From the NCBI GenBank assembly GCA_964545545.1, contig CAZJGK010000001.1:35375-99374 (forward strand): DNA of 64,000 bases, given 5' to 3'. This document shows, piece by piece, positions 1-9,009 of this stretch. The number at the start of each line of letters is the position of its first letter. Position 1 is the stretch's first letter. The notes below the pieces were generated by a model that saw only the letters and a program-made list of their open reading frames with translations, did not search any database and was not told the DNA's origin. The stretch is from an uncultured Fibrobacteraceae bacterium. GTDB lineage: Bacteria > Krumholzibacteriota > Krumholzibacteriia > LZORAL124-64-63. The translations under genes were made by a program, and so were the position numbers.

Positions 1-394
1 TCTTGCCCACATCGCCCTCCTCGATGGTCATTTCATGGTAGACATTGGACTCGATGAGGTCCCCGTTGGCGTGGTCAACATTGTTGTAGTCGCTGAAGAC
101 CACCAGTTGCTGGGCGCCCTGTTCCACCCCGCCCTGCAAGACATCGATCTGGCAGAATGCTGCGCCGTCGTTGGGGGCCGGGAAAGCGCCATAACCATAC
201 ATAAAGACGCCGAGCGGAGTGAAGACATTGCCGTATACCACCCAGCCGTCGGCGGCCAGCGCGCCTGTGTCAGTCTGGACCAGCCCTTCAAAATCCTGAC
301 TGTACGGCTGGATCGCCGCCTGGCCCGCCAGGGGAACCAGGCAGACCAGCAGGATCGCCAGGGCGGCCAAGTTTCTCGTTTTCTGGAAATTCAT
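1..394 (-). CDS. Secreted hypothetical protein. Partial: the 3' end runs off the window start.
   Basis: Minus-strand ATG at 392-394 with a GGAGG 8 nt upstream. Translation starts MNFQKTRNLAALAILLVCLVPLAGQAAIQPYSQDFEGL..., a classic signal peptide with an AGQA-AI cleavage site. The frame stays open to nt 1. It is not in the ORF track because it is truncated. Confidence 0.6.
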   Translation of the reverse strand, partial: MNFQKTRNLAALAILLVCLVPLAGQAAIQPYSQDFEGLVQTDTGALAADGWVVYGNVFTPLGVFMYGYGAFPAPNDGAAFCQIDVLQGGVEQGAQQLVVFSDYNNVDHANGDLIESNVYHEMTIEEGDVGK

Positions 395-593
395 CCTTAC
401 TACCTCCTGCAGGGAGCCGGGGCAGGCTCCGAATTTTGTTGCATCCCTGGTGAACACACATCCAAAGGCCGGGCGTCAAGTGATCCCATTCGTAAGCGGG
501 AACCGGTCTGCTGCGGCGCCATCTTCCCGTTGCCGAAAAGAGTGCCGCAACCGAGAATGCACGCTTGACAGAACTGAAATCATTATACACTAT

Positions 594-608
594 GTTCGGA
601 GTCCGAAC
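594..608. promoter_or_regulatory. Perfect 7-bp-arm palindrome GTTCGGA-G-TCCGAAC in the divergent intergenic region upstream of GH1. Candidate operator. A TTGACA lies at 565-570.
   Basis: Read directly from the sequence. It sits 30 bp upstream of the GTG start of the GH1 gene. Confidence 0.25.
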
Positions 609-636
609 AAAGAATTATTTCGGGGATGGGTAACGC

Positions 637-2040
637 GTGGCCAGACACTGTTTTCCCGACGATTTTCTTTTTGGCACGGCCACCTCGGCGCTGCAAATCG
701 AGGGCGCCCTGGATCTGGACGGCCGGGGCGAATCCATCTGGGACCGGTTCGCCTCGATTCCCGGCAAGATCGCCGACGGCTCCCGGCCCGATGTAACCTG
801 TGACCACTACCACCAATGGCCCCATGACATCGAGCTGATGACCTGGCTGGGCCTGGGCGCCTACCGGTTCTCCATCGCCTGGCCGCGAATTTTTCCCGCT
901 GGTGATGGGGCCGTCAATGCGGCCGGCCTGGATTTTTACGACCGCCTCGTGGATGGCCTGCTGGCCGAGGGGATCGAGCCCTTCCCGACTCTTTACCACT
1001 GGGATCTGCCGCAGGCCCTGCAGGACCGCGGCGGCTGGGCGGCTCGCGAAACCGTGGACGCTTTTGTGGACTACGCTGCGGTGGTGACTCGCCGCCTGGG
1101 CGACCGCGTGCGCCGCTGGGTGACCCACAACGAGCCCTGGTGCGTCGCCACCCTGGGCCACGAGGAAGGCCACCACGCCCCGGGCCACCAGGACCCCGCC
1201 GAGGGGTTGCGCGTGGCCCATCACCTCTTGCTGTCCCACGGCAAGGCGGTCGATGTTATCCGGCAAGAAGTGCCGCAGGCGGAAGTCGGCATCGTCCTGA
1301 TCCATTGCCCGGCCGAACCGGCGACGGCCAGCAAGGCCGACCATGACGCCGCCCGCTGGTTCGACGGCTTTTTCAATCGCTGGTACCTCGAGCCGGTCTT
1401 TCACGGCCGCTACCCCGCCGACGCGGTCGCCGACCGCATCGCCCGGGGCCATCTGCCCGGATCGGAATTGCCGTTCGTGCAGGAGGGCGATCTGGCCGTC
1501 ATCAGCGCCCCCCTGGACTTCCTGGGCTTGAACTACTACAGCCGCGCCGTCATGCGCGCGGATGCCGAGGGCAAACCGGAGGCCGTCAAGGCGGCGCCCC
1601 CCGTCCAGCTGACGGACATGGGGTGGGAAGTCTATCCTCAGGGACTGTATGACAGCCTGATGGCGGTTCACCGCCAGTACCATCCGGCCCGGATATACAT
1701 CACCGAGAACGGGGCCGCCTACGATGACCCCCGCGGCGCCGACGACCGCATCGCCGACAACCGGCGCATCGCCTACCTGCGTGAACACCTGTTGGCAGCC
1801 GGTCGCGCCATGGACGACGGCGTCCCCCTGCAGGGATATTTTGCCTGGTCACTGCTTGATAATTTCGAATGGGGCTATGGCTTCACCAAGAAATTCGGCC
1901 TTTTCGCCATGGAACCCGAATCCAGACGGCGCATCGCCAAGGACAGTGCGTTCTGGTACCGCGAGGTGGCAAAAACCCGCACCGTCGATGATACTCCGAT
2001 CCCCCTGACCCGAGGAGAATCCCGTGTACCCGAAGTATGA
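637..2040 (+). CDS. Glycoside hydrolase family 1 beta-glucosidase
   Basis: GH1 motifs are present: FLFGTATSALQIEG near the N-terminus, TENG (ITENGAAYDD) nucleophile, NEP acid/base (THNEPW). Length 467 aa. GTG start. Confidence 0.9.
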   Translation: MARHCFPDDFLFGTATSALQIEGALDLDGRGESIWDRFASIPGKIADGSRPDVTCDHYHQWPHDIELMTWLGLGAYRFSIAWPRIFPAGDGAVNAAGLDFYDRLVDGLLAEGIEPFPTLYHWDLPQALQDRGGWAARETVDAFVDYAAVVTRRLGDRVRRWVTHNEPWCVATLGHEEGHHAPGHQDPAEGLRVAHHLLLSHGKAVDVIRQEVPQAEVGIVLIHCPAEPATASKADHDAARWFDGFFNRWYLEPVFHGRYPADAVADRIARGHLPGSELPFVQEGDLAVISAPLDFLGLNYYSRAVMRADAEGKPEAVKAAPPVQLTDMGWEVYPQGLYDSLMAVHRQYHPARIYITENGAAYDDPRGADDRIADNRRIAYLREHLLAAGRAMDDGVPLQGYFAWSLLDNFEWGYGFTKKFGLFAMEPESRRRIAKDSAFWYREVAKTRTVDDTPIPLTRGESRVPEV

Positions 2041-5000
2041 CCGCAAACTGAGCCTGCATGTCCTGGCTCTGGCCGTTGTCTTGACTTTCCCCTTGGTGTC
2101 GGTTGGTCCGGTCTCCGCGGCCGCCACTGCCCCAGCCCGGATGCCCGTCATCAAGGTCGTGACCGACCAGCAGGGATCACGCCTGACCGTCGACGGCCAT
2201 GATTTCATGGTCAAAGGCATGAACTGGGGATACATGCCCATCGGGCAGAACTACAACTACAGCCTGTGGACCCAATCCGACGAAGTCATCATGGCCGCCC
2301 TCGACCGGGACATGCCGCTGCTCCAGGCCATGGGCGTCAACACCATCCGGCACTATGTGGGCATGCCCCCGCGCTGGGTCAAATATGTCTACGAGAAATA
2401 CGGCATTTTCACGGTGCTCAACCACACCATCGGCCGGTATGGCCTGACCATCGACGGCGTCTGGCATCCGGTGACCGACTACAGCGACCCCAAGGTGCGG
2501 GCTCAATTGAAGACGGAAATGGCCGCCGAGGTGGACAAATACAAGGACACCCCCGGGGTCTTGATGTGGCTGCTCGGCAACGAGAACAACTACGGCTTGT
2601 CCTGGAAATCCTTTGAAATCGAAAACCTGCCCAAGGGGGAACGCGACCACGCGCGGGCACGTTACCTTTACTCCCTGTTCGGCGAAATCATCCGCGACAC
2701 CAAGCAGCGCGATCCGGGTCGCCTGGTGGCCATCGCCAACGGGGATCTGCAGTACATCGATCTGGTGGCCGAGGAGTGCAAGGGGCTGGATGTGTTCGGC
2801 TCCAACGTCTACCGCGGCATCTCGGCGCGGGACTTCTTCCAGGTCATCCACGACAAGCTGGGCCTGCCGGCCCTGTTCACCGAATTCGGCGCCGACGCCT
2901 TCAACGCCGTGACCATGAAGGAAGACCAGGCCACCCAAGCCCGCTACCTGCTGGGCCAGTGGGAGGAAATCTACGAGCAGTCCGCGGGCAAAGGGCGGGT
3001 CGGCAACGCCGTCGGCGGGATGATCTTCCAGTGGAGCGACGGCTGGTGGAAATACAAGCAGGAAGAGCGCCTGGACATCCATGACACCCACGCCTCGTGG
3101 GCCAATGCCGGTTATCCCGAGGACTACCGCAAGGGTGAGAACAACATGAACGAGGAGTGGTGGGGCATCACCGCCAAGGGGTACCCCGATGCCCGCGGCA
3201 TTTATGATGTCTATCCGCGGGCCGCATATTACGCCTTGCGGGACGCCTTCCGTCTCGATCCCTACGCCAAGAACACCGACCAGGACAGGATCCGGGCGTA
3301 CTTCGGCGGCATCCAGCCCATGGCAGAAGTGCTGACGGCCAGGGGGGACGCAGCAAGCCTGGAGACCAATCAGCTGAGCAAGGTGCGGCTTGCCGGCCTG
3401 CGCATGGAATTCGAGACCTATGGGACCGGCGGCAAGAATATTTCAACCCCTCCGGCTAGCCGGCCCCAGAACTCCTATCCCTCCTACCTGGGTTTCGATC
3501 ACGGCCAGTCGTTCTACGCCGATTTCGAGGCCAAACCCAGCGAGGCGGTGATCGGCCGGTTGTCGGTGAATGTCCTGGGCCGGGTGCCGCAGAATCCCAT
3601 CGACGAGATCTTCTACGAAAACCGGGGCCGCCCCGTCAAGATCGCCAATGCCCCCGGCGATACCGTGACCCTGAACTCCATCGAACGCGTGAAGGTTTAC
3701 CAGGGTTCGGTCACCTGGGACGATCGCAATTTTTCCCTGGATGCGTTCTACCGCGTCGGGCATCTGCACTGGCAGTACGAGGGCGATTTCTTCGGCCTCT
3801 ACCACGACGCTTTCTACGGCGACAACCTCGACATCTACAACGGCGAGGCGCCCATCGGCTTCGAGATGGCCGGCAAGCGGTCCCTCGAGGGACTGAAGCT
3901 GGCCTTCGGTCCCCAGCTATGGTGGGGCGCCAACCCGGCCGTGTTCCTCAAGTACAACCGCACCTTCGGCGGCATCCACTGGACGGGTGTCTTTCAGAAT
4001 GATTTCGAACAGCAGTCGCAGGTGACTGCTTCGATCGCCATTCCCGTTCGCATGACCCGCAAGGCATCCCTGCAGATGGAGACCGGCCTGGGTCCGTTCG
4101 ATTTCCAGGGCGGGGTTATCTGGTCGGGCCAGCCCCGGATCGGCGAAACCTTCCAGATCATGGACCCCCAGCTGGTGGCCAGGGGCGGACCCTTCGCCCC
4201 GGGCGATGTCCGTCAGGACAGGATCAAGCCCGAGGACACCTTCGGCTTCAAGGGCAAGCTGATCTGGCAAAAAGGAAGCTGGAACTGGTACGGCCAGGGA
4301 GCCTACATGGGCCTGGTGGCCGACGGCGGCCCCACTTCCATCCCCACGTTTACCGGCTGGACCCTCAAGGACAGCGGTTCGGGTAACCAGGTGAATGCCC
4401 TGACCGGTGTGGCCGCGGCCTTCGGCAAGTGGCAGATCGGCCCCAATATCCTGTGGCAAAAGCCCATCGTGGGGCCCATGCCCAGCGCGGCCGACCTGGT
4501 GGGTACGCCGGGGCGTCCCCGCGACATCCGGAGCGACCCCTTCGCGGTGCGTTACAACCGCGAAACCATCGCCGCCGAGATCATGGTGACCTACGACCCC
4601 ACCCCCGCCACCTGGATGTGGGCCTGGGACAACGATGTCCGCGAGGATGCCGACTTCGCGGCCAGCTTTGGCCTCAGCCTGCTCAAGCACAACACGACCG
4701 CCGACGCCGGGCTGTTCATTTCCGACACCGGCGCCGTCTACCCCTTCACGGGCGCCACCCCGGCCCGCAGCTTCGGCGATCTGTGGGAAGTCCACTCCCG
4801 CATTGTCAACCGCGTGGGGATTTCGGGGCGCATGGTCAGCAACATCTACTTCGGTACCGCCGAGCCCAACGGGGACGACCCTCGCCTGATCAAGCGCTTC
4901 GGCCTCGACAGCCGGATCGCCTGGTCTTCGGTGGCCCTCTCGGGCTTTTTGAAGTTCAACGACTTCGGCCCCTACGATTACCACCGGGACTTCAACATGA

Positions 5001-5233
5001 CCTACCCGCTGCAGGTGATGGCCGACCTGTCATACAGTCTGGGCCGGCCCAAGTGGTTCAATTTGCCCCAGACCCGTATCGGCGTGCGCGGCACCTACCG
5101 CACCCTGGATCGGTATTCCAACCGCTACCATCCCGAGGGTGTCGCGGTGCCGCTGCAGGGCGTGCTGTATCCGGAAGGGTTATCGCAGGGCCGGGAATGG
5201 GAAATCCGGACCTACCTGCACCTGGTGATCTGA
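2024..5233 (+). CDS. Secreted clan GH-A (TIM-barrel) glycoside hydrolase fused to a roughly 700-aa aromatic/Gly-rich beta-strand-rich C-terminal region of unknown function
   Basis: GTG start at 2024 with GGAG 7 nt upstream; it overlaps the GH1 stop. Signal peptide LALAVVLTFPLVSVGPVSAAA. The catalytic domain has LLGNENNYG (acid/base NE) and FTEFGADAF (nucleophile E). The C-terminal about 700 aa has alternating aromatic residues typical of beta-sheet or beta-barrel proteins. Confidence 0.75.
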   Translation: MYPKYDRKLSLHVLALAVVLTFPLVSVGPVSAAATAPARMPVIKVVTDQQGSRLTVDGHDFMVKGMNWGYMPIGQNYNYSLWTQSDEVIMAALDRDMPLLQAMGVNTIRHYVGMPPRWVKYVYEKYGIFTVLNHTIGRYGLTIDGVWHPVTDYSDPKVRAQLKTEMAAEVDKYKDTPGVLMWLLGNENNYGLSWKSFEIENLPKGERDHARARYLYSLFGEIIRDTKQRDPGRLVAIANGDLQYIDLVAEECKGLDVFGSNVYRGISARDFFQVIHDKLGLPALFTEFGADAFNAVTMKEDQATQARYLLGQWEEIYEQSAGKGRVGNAVGGMIFQWSDGWWKYKQEERLDIHDTHASWANAGYPEDYRKGENNMNEEWWGITAKGYPDARGIYDVYPRAAYYALRDAFRLDPYAKNTDQDRIRAYFGGIQPMAEVLTARGDAASLETNQLSKVRLAGLRMEFETYGTGGKNISTPPASRPQNSYPSYLGFDHGQSFYADFEAKPSEAVIGRLSVNVLGRVPQNPIDEIFYENRGRPVKIANAPGDTVTLNSIERVKVYQGSVTWDDRNFSLDAFYRVGHLHWQYEGDFFGLYHDAFYGDNLDIYNGEAPIGFEMAGKRSLEGLKLAFGPQLWWGANPAVFLKYNRTFGGIHWTGVFQNDFEQQSQVTASIAIPVRMTRKASLQMETGLGPFDFQGGVIWSGQPRIGETFQIMDPQLVARGGPFAPGDVRQDRIKPEDTFGFKGKLIWQKGSWNWYGQGAYMGLVADGGPTSIPTFTGWTLKDSGSGNQVNALTGVAAAFGKWQIGPNILWQKPIVGPMPSAADLVGTPGRPRDIRSDPFAVRYNRETIAAEIMVTYDPTPATWMWAWDNDVREDADFAASFGLSLLKHNTTADAGLFISDTGAVYPFTGATPARSFGDLWEVHSRIVNRVGISGRMVSNIYFGTAEPNGDDPRLIKRFGLDSRIAWSSVALSGFLKFNDFGPYDYHRDFNMTYPLQVMADLSYSLGRPKWFNLPQTRIGVRGTYRTLDRYSNRYHPEGVAVPLQGVLYPEGLSQGREWEIRTYLHLVI

Positions 5234-5254
5234 GGGTTGTGCCTGTCTGGCCGG

Positions 5255-6070
5255 TCAGGGCTTAGCGCCGTAAACCCGGACATAATCTACGAGCATGGCC
5301 TGAGGGAACACTGTGGCGGCATCGGGGTCACCGGCCCAATGGCCGCCCACCGCCACATTCAGGATGATGAAGAAGGGATGATCGTACACCCAGTCGGCGC
5401 CCTGGGGGATGTCCGCGGGGGTCACCGTCTGATACGGTTTTCCGTCCACGAACCAGGTGATGGCCTGCTCGTTCCATTCCAGCGCAAACACATGAAAACC
5501 CAGGTTGAAGCCGCCGTCAGGCAGCACATACCGGCGGGTCAGGTCGTTGTCGCCGGAGAAACCGGGACCGTGAAGGCTCCCGTGCAGCACCCGCGGCTCG
5601 TGGCCCCGATATTCCATGATGTCGATCTCGCCGCAGGCGGGCCAGCCGACCGTGTCGACATCCGCACCCAGCAGCCAGAACGCCGGCCAGATACCCTGCC
5701 CCACCGGCAACTTGATCCGAGCCTCGAATCGGCCGTAGGTCGGGGCGAACAGGTGCTTGGTCTTGATCCGGGCGGAAGTGTAGGGCTGACCGGCGAAATC
5801 CTCCTGGCGGCAGGTGATGGCGAGGTTTCCCTTGCCGTCCAGGCTCACGTTGGCGGCCCGGCCGGTGTCCCATTCGAGCTGGGCGTTGCCCCAGTCGGTC
5901 CCGGTGTCGCAATACCACCGCTGGGGATCCGGCAACTGGCCCGCGGGGCCCTCGAATTCGTCCCGCCACACCAGGTCATAGGATTTTGACGTCGCTGGGG
6001 GGGATTTGCATCCGGCCAGGAGGACCGCCACGCCCATCGCCAGCACCACGCCCCGCACCAACCGGGTCAT
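5255..6070 (-). CDS. GH16 endo-beta-1,3-glucanase (laminarinase), lipoprotein
   Basis: Lipobox LLAGC. GH16 catalytic motif EIDIME, and WPACGEIDIMEY. 271 aa. Its start ATG overlaps the TGA of the upstream ROK gene (ATGA). Confidence 0.9.
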   Translation of the reverse strand: MTRLVRGVVLAMGVAVLLAGCKSPPATSKSYDLVWRDEFEGPAGQLPDPQRWYCDTGTDWGNAQLEWDTGRAANVSLDGKGNLAITCRQEDFAGQPYTSARIKTKHLFAPTYGRFEARIKLPVGQGIWPAFWLLGADVDTVGWPACGEIDIMEYRGHEPRVLHGSLHGPGFSGDNDLTRRYVLPDGGFNLGFHVFALEWNEQAITWFVDGKPYQTVTPADIPQGADWVYDHPFFIILNVAVGGHWAGDPDAATVFPQAMLVDYVRVYGAKP

Positions 6071-7329
6071 GAGGTCGGCTCTTCGGAGGAGATCGCGGCG
6101 TAATCCACCGCCTCGGCGAACATCCGGGAGTCCTCCAGCGCGGCCTTCAAGACCAGGGTCGCCGCGCCCATGGCCACGGAGCGGGGCCCGAGATCGCTGA
6201 CCATGATTTTGACCGCAGCCACCGTACTGACCAGCGTCCGGTTATGCACGCGTTCCCGCAGGGGATCCAGCAGCAAATCGCCCAGGCGGGCCAGATCGCC
6301 GCCCAGAACCACCACCGCCGGATTCAAGAGGTTCAGCAAGCCCGCCACCGCGGTCCCCAGGTTCCGGGCCCCTTCCTCGATCACCTGAAGGGCCAGGGCA
6401 TCCCCCTGGAGCGCAGCATCCTCGATATCATTGACGGCAAAGGGACCCTGAGTCAGCACGCTGTCGGGGAAGTCAGGAATCAATTCTTCGACGCGCTCCA
6501 CCAACGCCTGGGCGCCCACAAAAGTCGCCAGGCATCCGTGCAGACCACAGATGCAAGGTTTGCCCTTGGGATCGATGGCGATGTGTCCGATCTCACCGGC
6601 GACCCCGGTGGCTCCCCGATAGATGTCTCCGCCGATGATATGGCCCGACCCGATGCCGGTGGCCACCTTGATGTAGGTCAGGTTGTCCGTCCCGGCGGCC
6701 TGTCCCCACCAGTGCTCCGCCAAGGCCCCCAGGTTGGCGTCGTTATCGACCAGCAGAGGAACCCCGTACTGGGAGGCAAGGTCGCCCAGCCCCAAGTGTT
6801 CCTGCCAGAAAGGCATGACCACCGAAGCCAGCCGATCCGGATCCTCCGGATCAACCGGGCAAGGCACCCCCACGCCGATGCCCACCAGGGGCCGACCCTT
6901 GGCCGCAGCGGTTTCCAGGCAAGCGGCGCAGAGCTCCGCGATCAACCGACGCGTTCCCGGCGGATCGGACCTGACGGGATGCGGCCGCGATTCCCAGGCC
7001 AGCACCTTGCCCCGCAGATCCGTCAGGACCACCACCACATGGGCCCCGCCCATTTCCACGCCCAGAATAATGGCCGCATCGTCCTGAAACTCGATGACGA
7101 TGGGGCGCCGGCCTCCGCGGGATGGGCCCTCGCCGATCTCGGCAATCAGCCCCAGCGGCAGAATTTCGCTCACGACTTCGGAAACGGTGGAGCGGGAGAG
7201 ACCGGCCTGGCGGGCGATCTCGGCCCGGGAAATCCGCTTGGCCTCCCAGATCAACCGCAGCAGCGCATCGGCCAGCGGCCGCGGGCGGTCGGGGTCGGAC
7301 CGGCGGAGCCCTTTCCTGATGCGATTCAT
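6067..7329 (-). CDS. ROK-family transcriptional regulator (NagC/XylR-like)
   Basis: N-terminal HTH (LLRLIWEAKRISRAEIARQAGLSRSTVSEVV). ROK sugar-kinase-like domain with the Zn motif CICGLHGCLATF. I place the start at the internal ATG (MNRIRKG), which has a GGAGA upstream, rather than at the track start 7542. Confidence 0.8.
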   Translation of the reverse strand: MNRIRKGLRRSDPDRPRPLADALLRLIWEAKRISRAEIARQAGLSRSTVSEVVSEILPLGLIAEIGEGPSRGGRRPIVIEFQDDAAIILGVEMGGAHVVVVLTDLRGKVLAWESRPHPVRSDPPGTRRLIAELCAACLETAAAKGRPLVGIGVGVPCPVDPEDPDRLASVVMPFWQEHLGLGDLASQYGVPLLVDNDANLGALAEHWWGQAAGTDNLTYIKVATGIGSGHIIGGDIYRGATGVAGEIGHIAIDPKGKPCICGLHGCLATFVGAQALVERVEELIPDFPDSVLTQGPFAVNDIEDAALQGDALALQVIEEGARNLGTAVAGLLNLLNPAVVVLGGDLARLGDLLLDPLRERVHNRTLVSTVAAVKIMVSDLGPRSVAMGAATLVLKAALEDSRMFAEAVDYAAISSEEPTS

Positions 7330-7396
7330 TTTGAACACCCTGTCTCCTCGTTGTCTGCGACGGGGATCCTGCGCCCCAAAACTCCCGGGGTCGAGT

Positions 7397-8800
7397 CTAT
7401 TTGTGCCAATAGACGTTGTCCACCAGGACCAGCTGGGCATCGGTGGTGCTGAAGGCCATTTCCCCGACTTCAGACCAATCCCATGAAGCCGGAAGTTGGA
7501 AATTCTCCAGAGGAATGTCAAGGGAGGACCAGGACCCCGCATGGAAAGCCGGCGTGGTCGTGCCGTTCAGGACCAGATCCGTGGTCTCCACCGAGTGTCC
7601 CAGGCCGGGAGGGAAAGAGATCAGCTTGATCTTGAAATTGGTGCCCGCCGGGGCATAGACATCCATATGGAAATGGGTCATGGCGCTGGCATCGATCAGG
7701 GGATTGTGGAACAGGATCCCCACGAAATTGAGTGAGGAGTACATTTTGGTGTTGTCGCCGGCAACCTGAAAATCTCCGAGCTGGGCGGTTGAGCCGCCCC
7801 AATCCGCCCGCCAGGTGTCCACGGGCACGGAGGGGTAGGCGTCGCTGAACATGGAGATCACGTCGGAGGCAGGCAGCGGCGGGGAAACCGCGGCCCCGTT
7901 TGGCGGCGAATACCCGGTCACCGTGACGCTGCCGTTGACGGCCGCCCCTTCCAGGGTGGCGGTGATGGACGCCGTCCCGGTGCCGACAACCTCGATGTCC
8001 CCGCCGGTGACCCTGGCCACGCCGGGATCGGATGAGCTGAAATCGAAATACCCGGCCATGTGGCTGACGGGGATCAACGCCGTACCCATCTTGAATATCG
8101 TGTTGGTGCCCGACAGGACCACCGGCGAACCGACGAACAATTGCTTGTTCGCCGAGGGAAGGTTGGCCCGGAAGATCTCGATATTATCCAGCTTGGCGAA
8201 CTTGATCTCATCGACCCAGATGTCGTAGCCCTCGGGATAGGCCGCCGTGGTATCGGCGACAATGGTGAACAGACCCCGCTCGGCTCTCAGCTTCGAGGGC
8301 GCCGGGATGGGGACGACCACGAACGTCCAGTCCGAGTTCAAGGCCACCCCCCCACGTTCGGCGGTGTACAGCGAGGCGCCCGTGTTGTCGTTGCCGAAGC
8401 CGAACTTGGCCACGGTGACGGGATCGTTGGCCCGTGCGTAGAAGGTCAAGGCGTTGTAGTCGGCCAGGTCGCGATTCCCCCCCGAAGTGAGGACTCCGCC
8501 GGTGTAGCCGCCGAGGGCGGCGCCGACGGGGGCCACACGGAACTCCAGGGAACGAGCGCCGTCGAACGCAAACGCCCCCAGCGGGGCGGCGAAGGTCGAG
8601 TCGATGGTGACTGCGGTATAATAGGTCTGGAAGAAGCCCTGGTAATAGACATCTGCGCCGTAATCATCGCCAAACACCAGGGGATCGGTGTTGCCCTGGG
8701 CCGGCTCCAGATCCGTGGGGTTGCGATCGCTGCATCCGACACCCATCACCAGGGTCAACACTGCCGTCATGGCAACAAGATTGCGCTTGATAGGGATCAC
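7397..8800 (-). CDS. Surface lipoprotein with a bacterial Ig-like (Big_2) domain. Candidate glycan-binding protein of the beta-glucan locus.
   Basis: An AGGAGG-N6-GTG start gives MIPIKRNLVAMTAVLTLVMGVGCSD (lipoprotein signal). Big_2-like segment ARVTGGDIEVVGTGTASITATLEGAAVNGSVTVTG. It lies directly upstream of ROK and GH16 on the same strand. Confidence 0.65.
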   Translation of the reverse strand: MIPIKRNLVAMTAVLTLVMGVGCSDRNPTDLEPAQGNTDPLVFGDDYGADVYYQGFFQTYYTAVTIDSTFAAPLGAFAFDGARSLEFRVAPVGAALGGYTGGVLTSGGNRDLADYNALTFYARANDPVTVAKFGFGNDNTGASLYTAERGGVALNSDWTFVVVPIPAPSKLRAERGLFTIVADTTAAYPEGYDIWVDEIKFAKLDNIEIFRANLPSANKQLFVGSPVVLSGTNTIFKMGTALIPVSHMAGYFDFSSSDPGVARVTGGDIEVVGTGTASITATLEGAAVNGSVTVTGYSPPNGAAVSPPLPASDVISMFSDAYPSVPVDTWRADWGGSTAQLGDFQVAGDNTKMYSSLNFVGILFHNPLIDASAMTHFHMDVYAPAGTNFKIKLISFPPGLGHSVETTDLVLNGTTTPAFHAGSWSSLDIPLENFQLPASWDWSEVGEMAFSTTDAQLVLVDNVYWHK

Positions 8801-9009
8801 AATCGGCCTCCTGGAGGAACGGATCAAACCGGCCGGATGACACGGCCAAATCATGACAGTCGGCACTTTGTACGGTGCCCGATCAAAGTATGCCCCGGAG
8901 GGGTTCCCGTGTCAAGCCAAGCATGAGGTTTCCCTTTCCCGGGTTCCTGGGTTATGCTCCCGGGGATCATGCAGCCCGCTCTTCATTTTCCGACAGCGGA
9001 GGCTCAGCC

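Noticed and set aside
583-1788. 401-aa minus-strand ORF antisense to the GH1 gene
   Set aside because: Low-complexity Gly/Ala/Val/Arg-rich product with no motifs. It is entirely antisense to a well-supported GH1 CDS, the usual long-ORF artefact in high-GC DNA.
2177-4984. Minus-strand ORFs (304 aa and 355 aa) inside the large GH-A fusion gene
   Set aside because: Both are antisense to a CDS with clear catalytic motifs. Their products are repetitive G/A/P/R-rich.
6244-7452. 402-aa plus-strand ORF antisense to the ROK regulator
   Set aside because: No domain signal. It overlaps the motif-supported ROK gene.
7397-8866. Longer start (MPTVMIWPCH...) for the Big_2 lipoprotein
   Set aside because: There is no RBS before 8866. 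An in-frame AGGAGG-N6-GTG at 8800 gives a canonical lipoprotein signal peptide.
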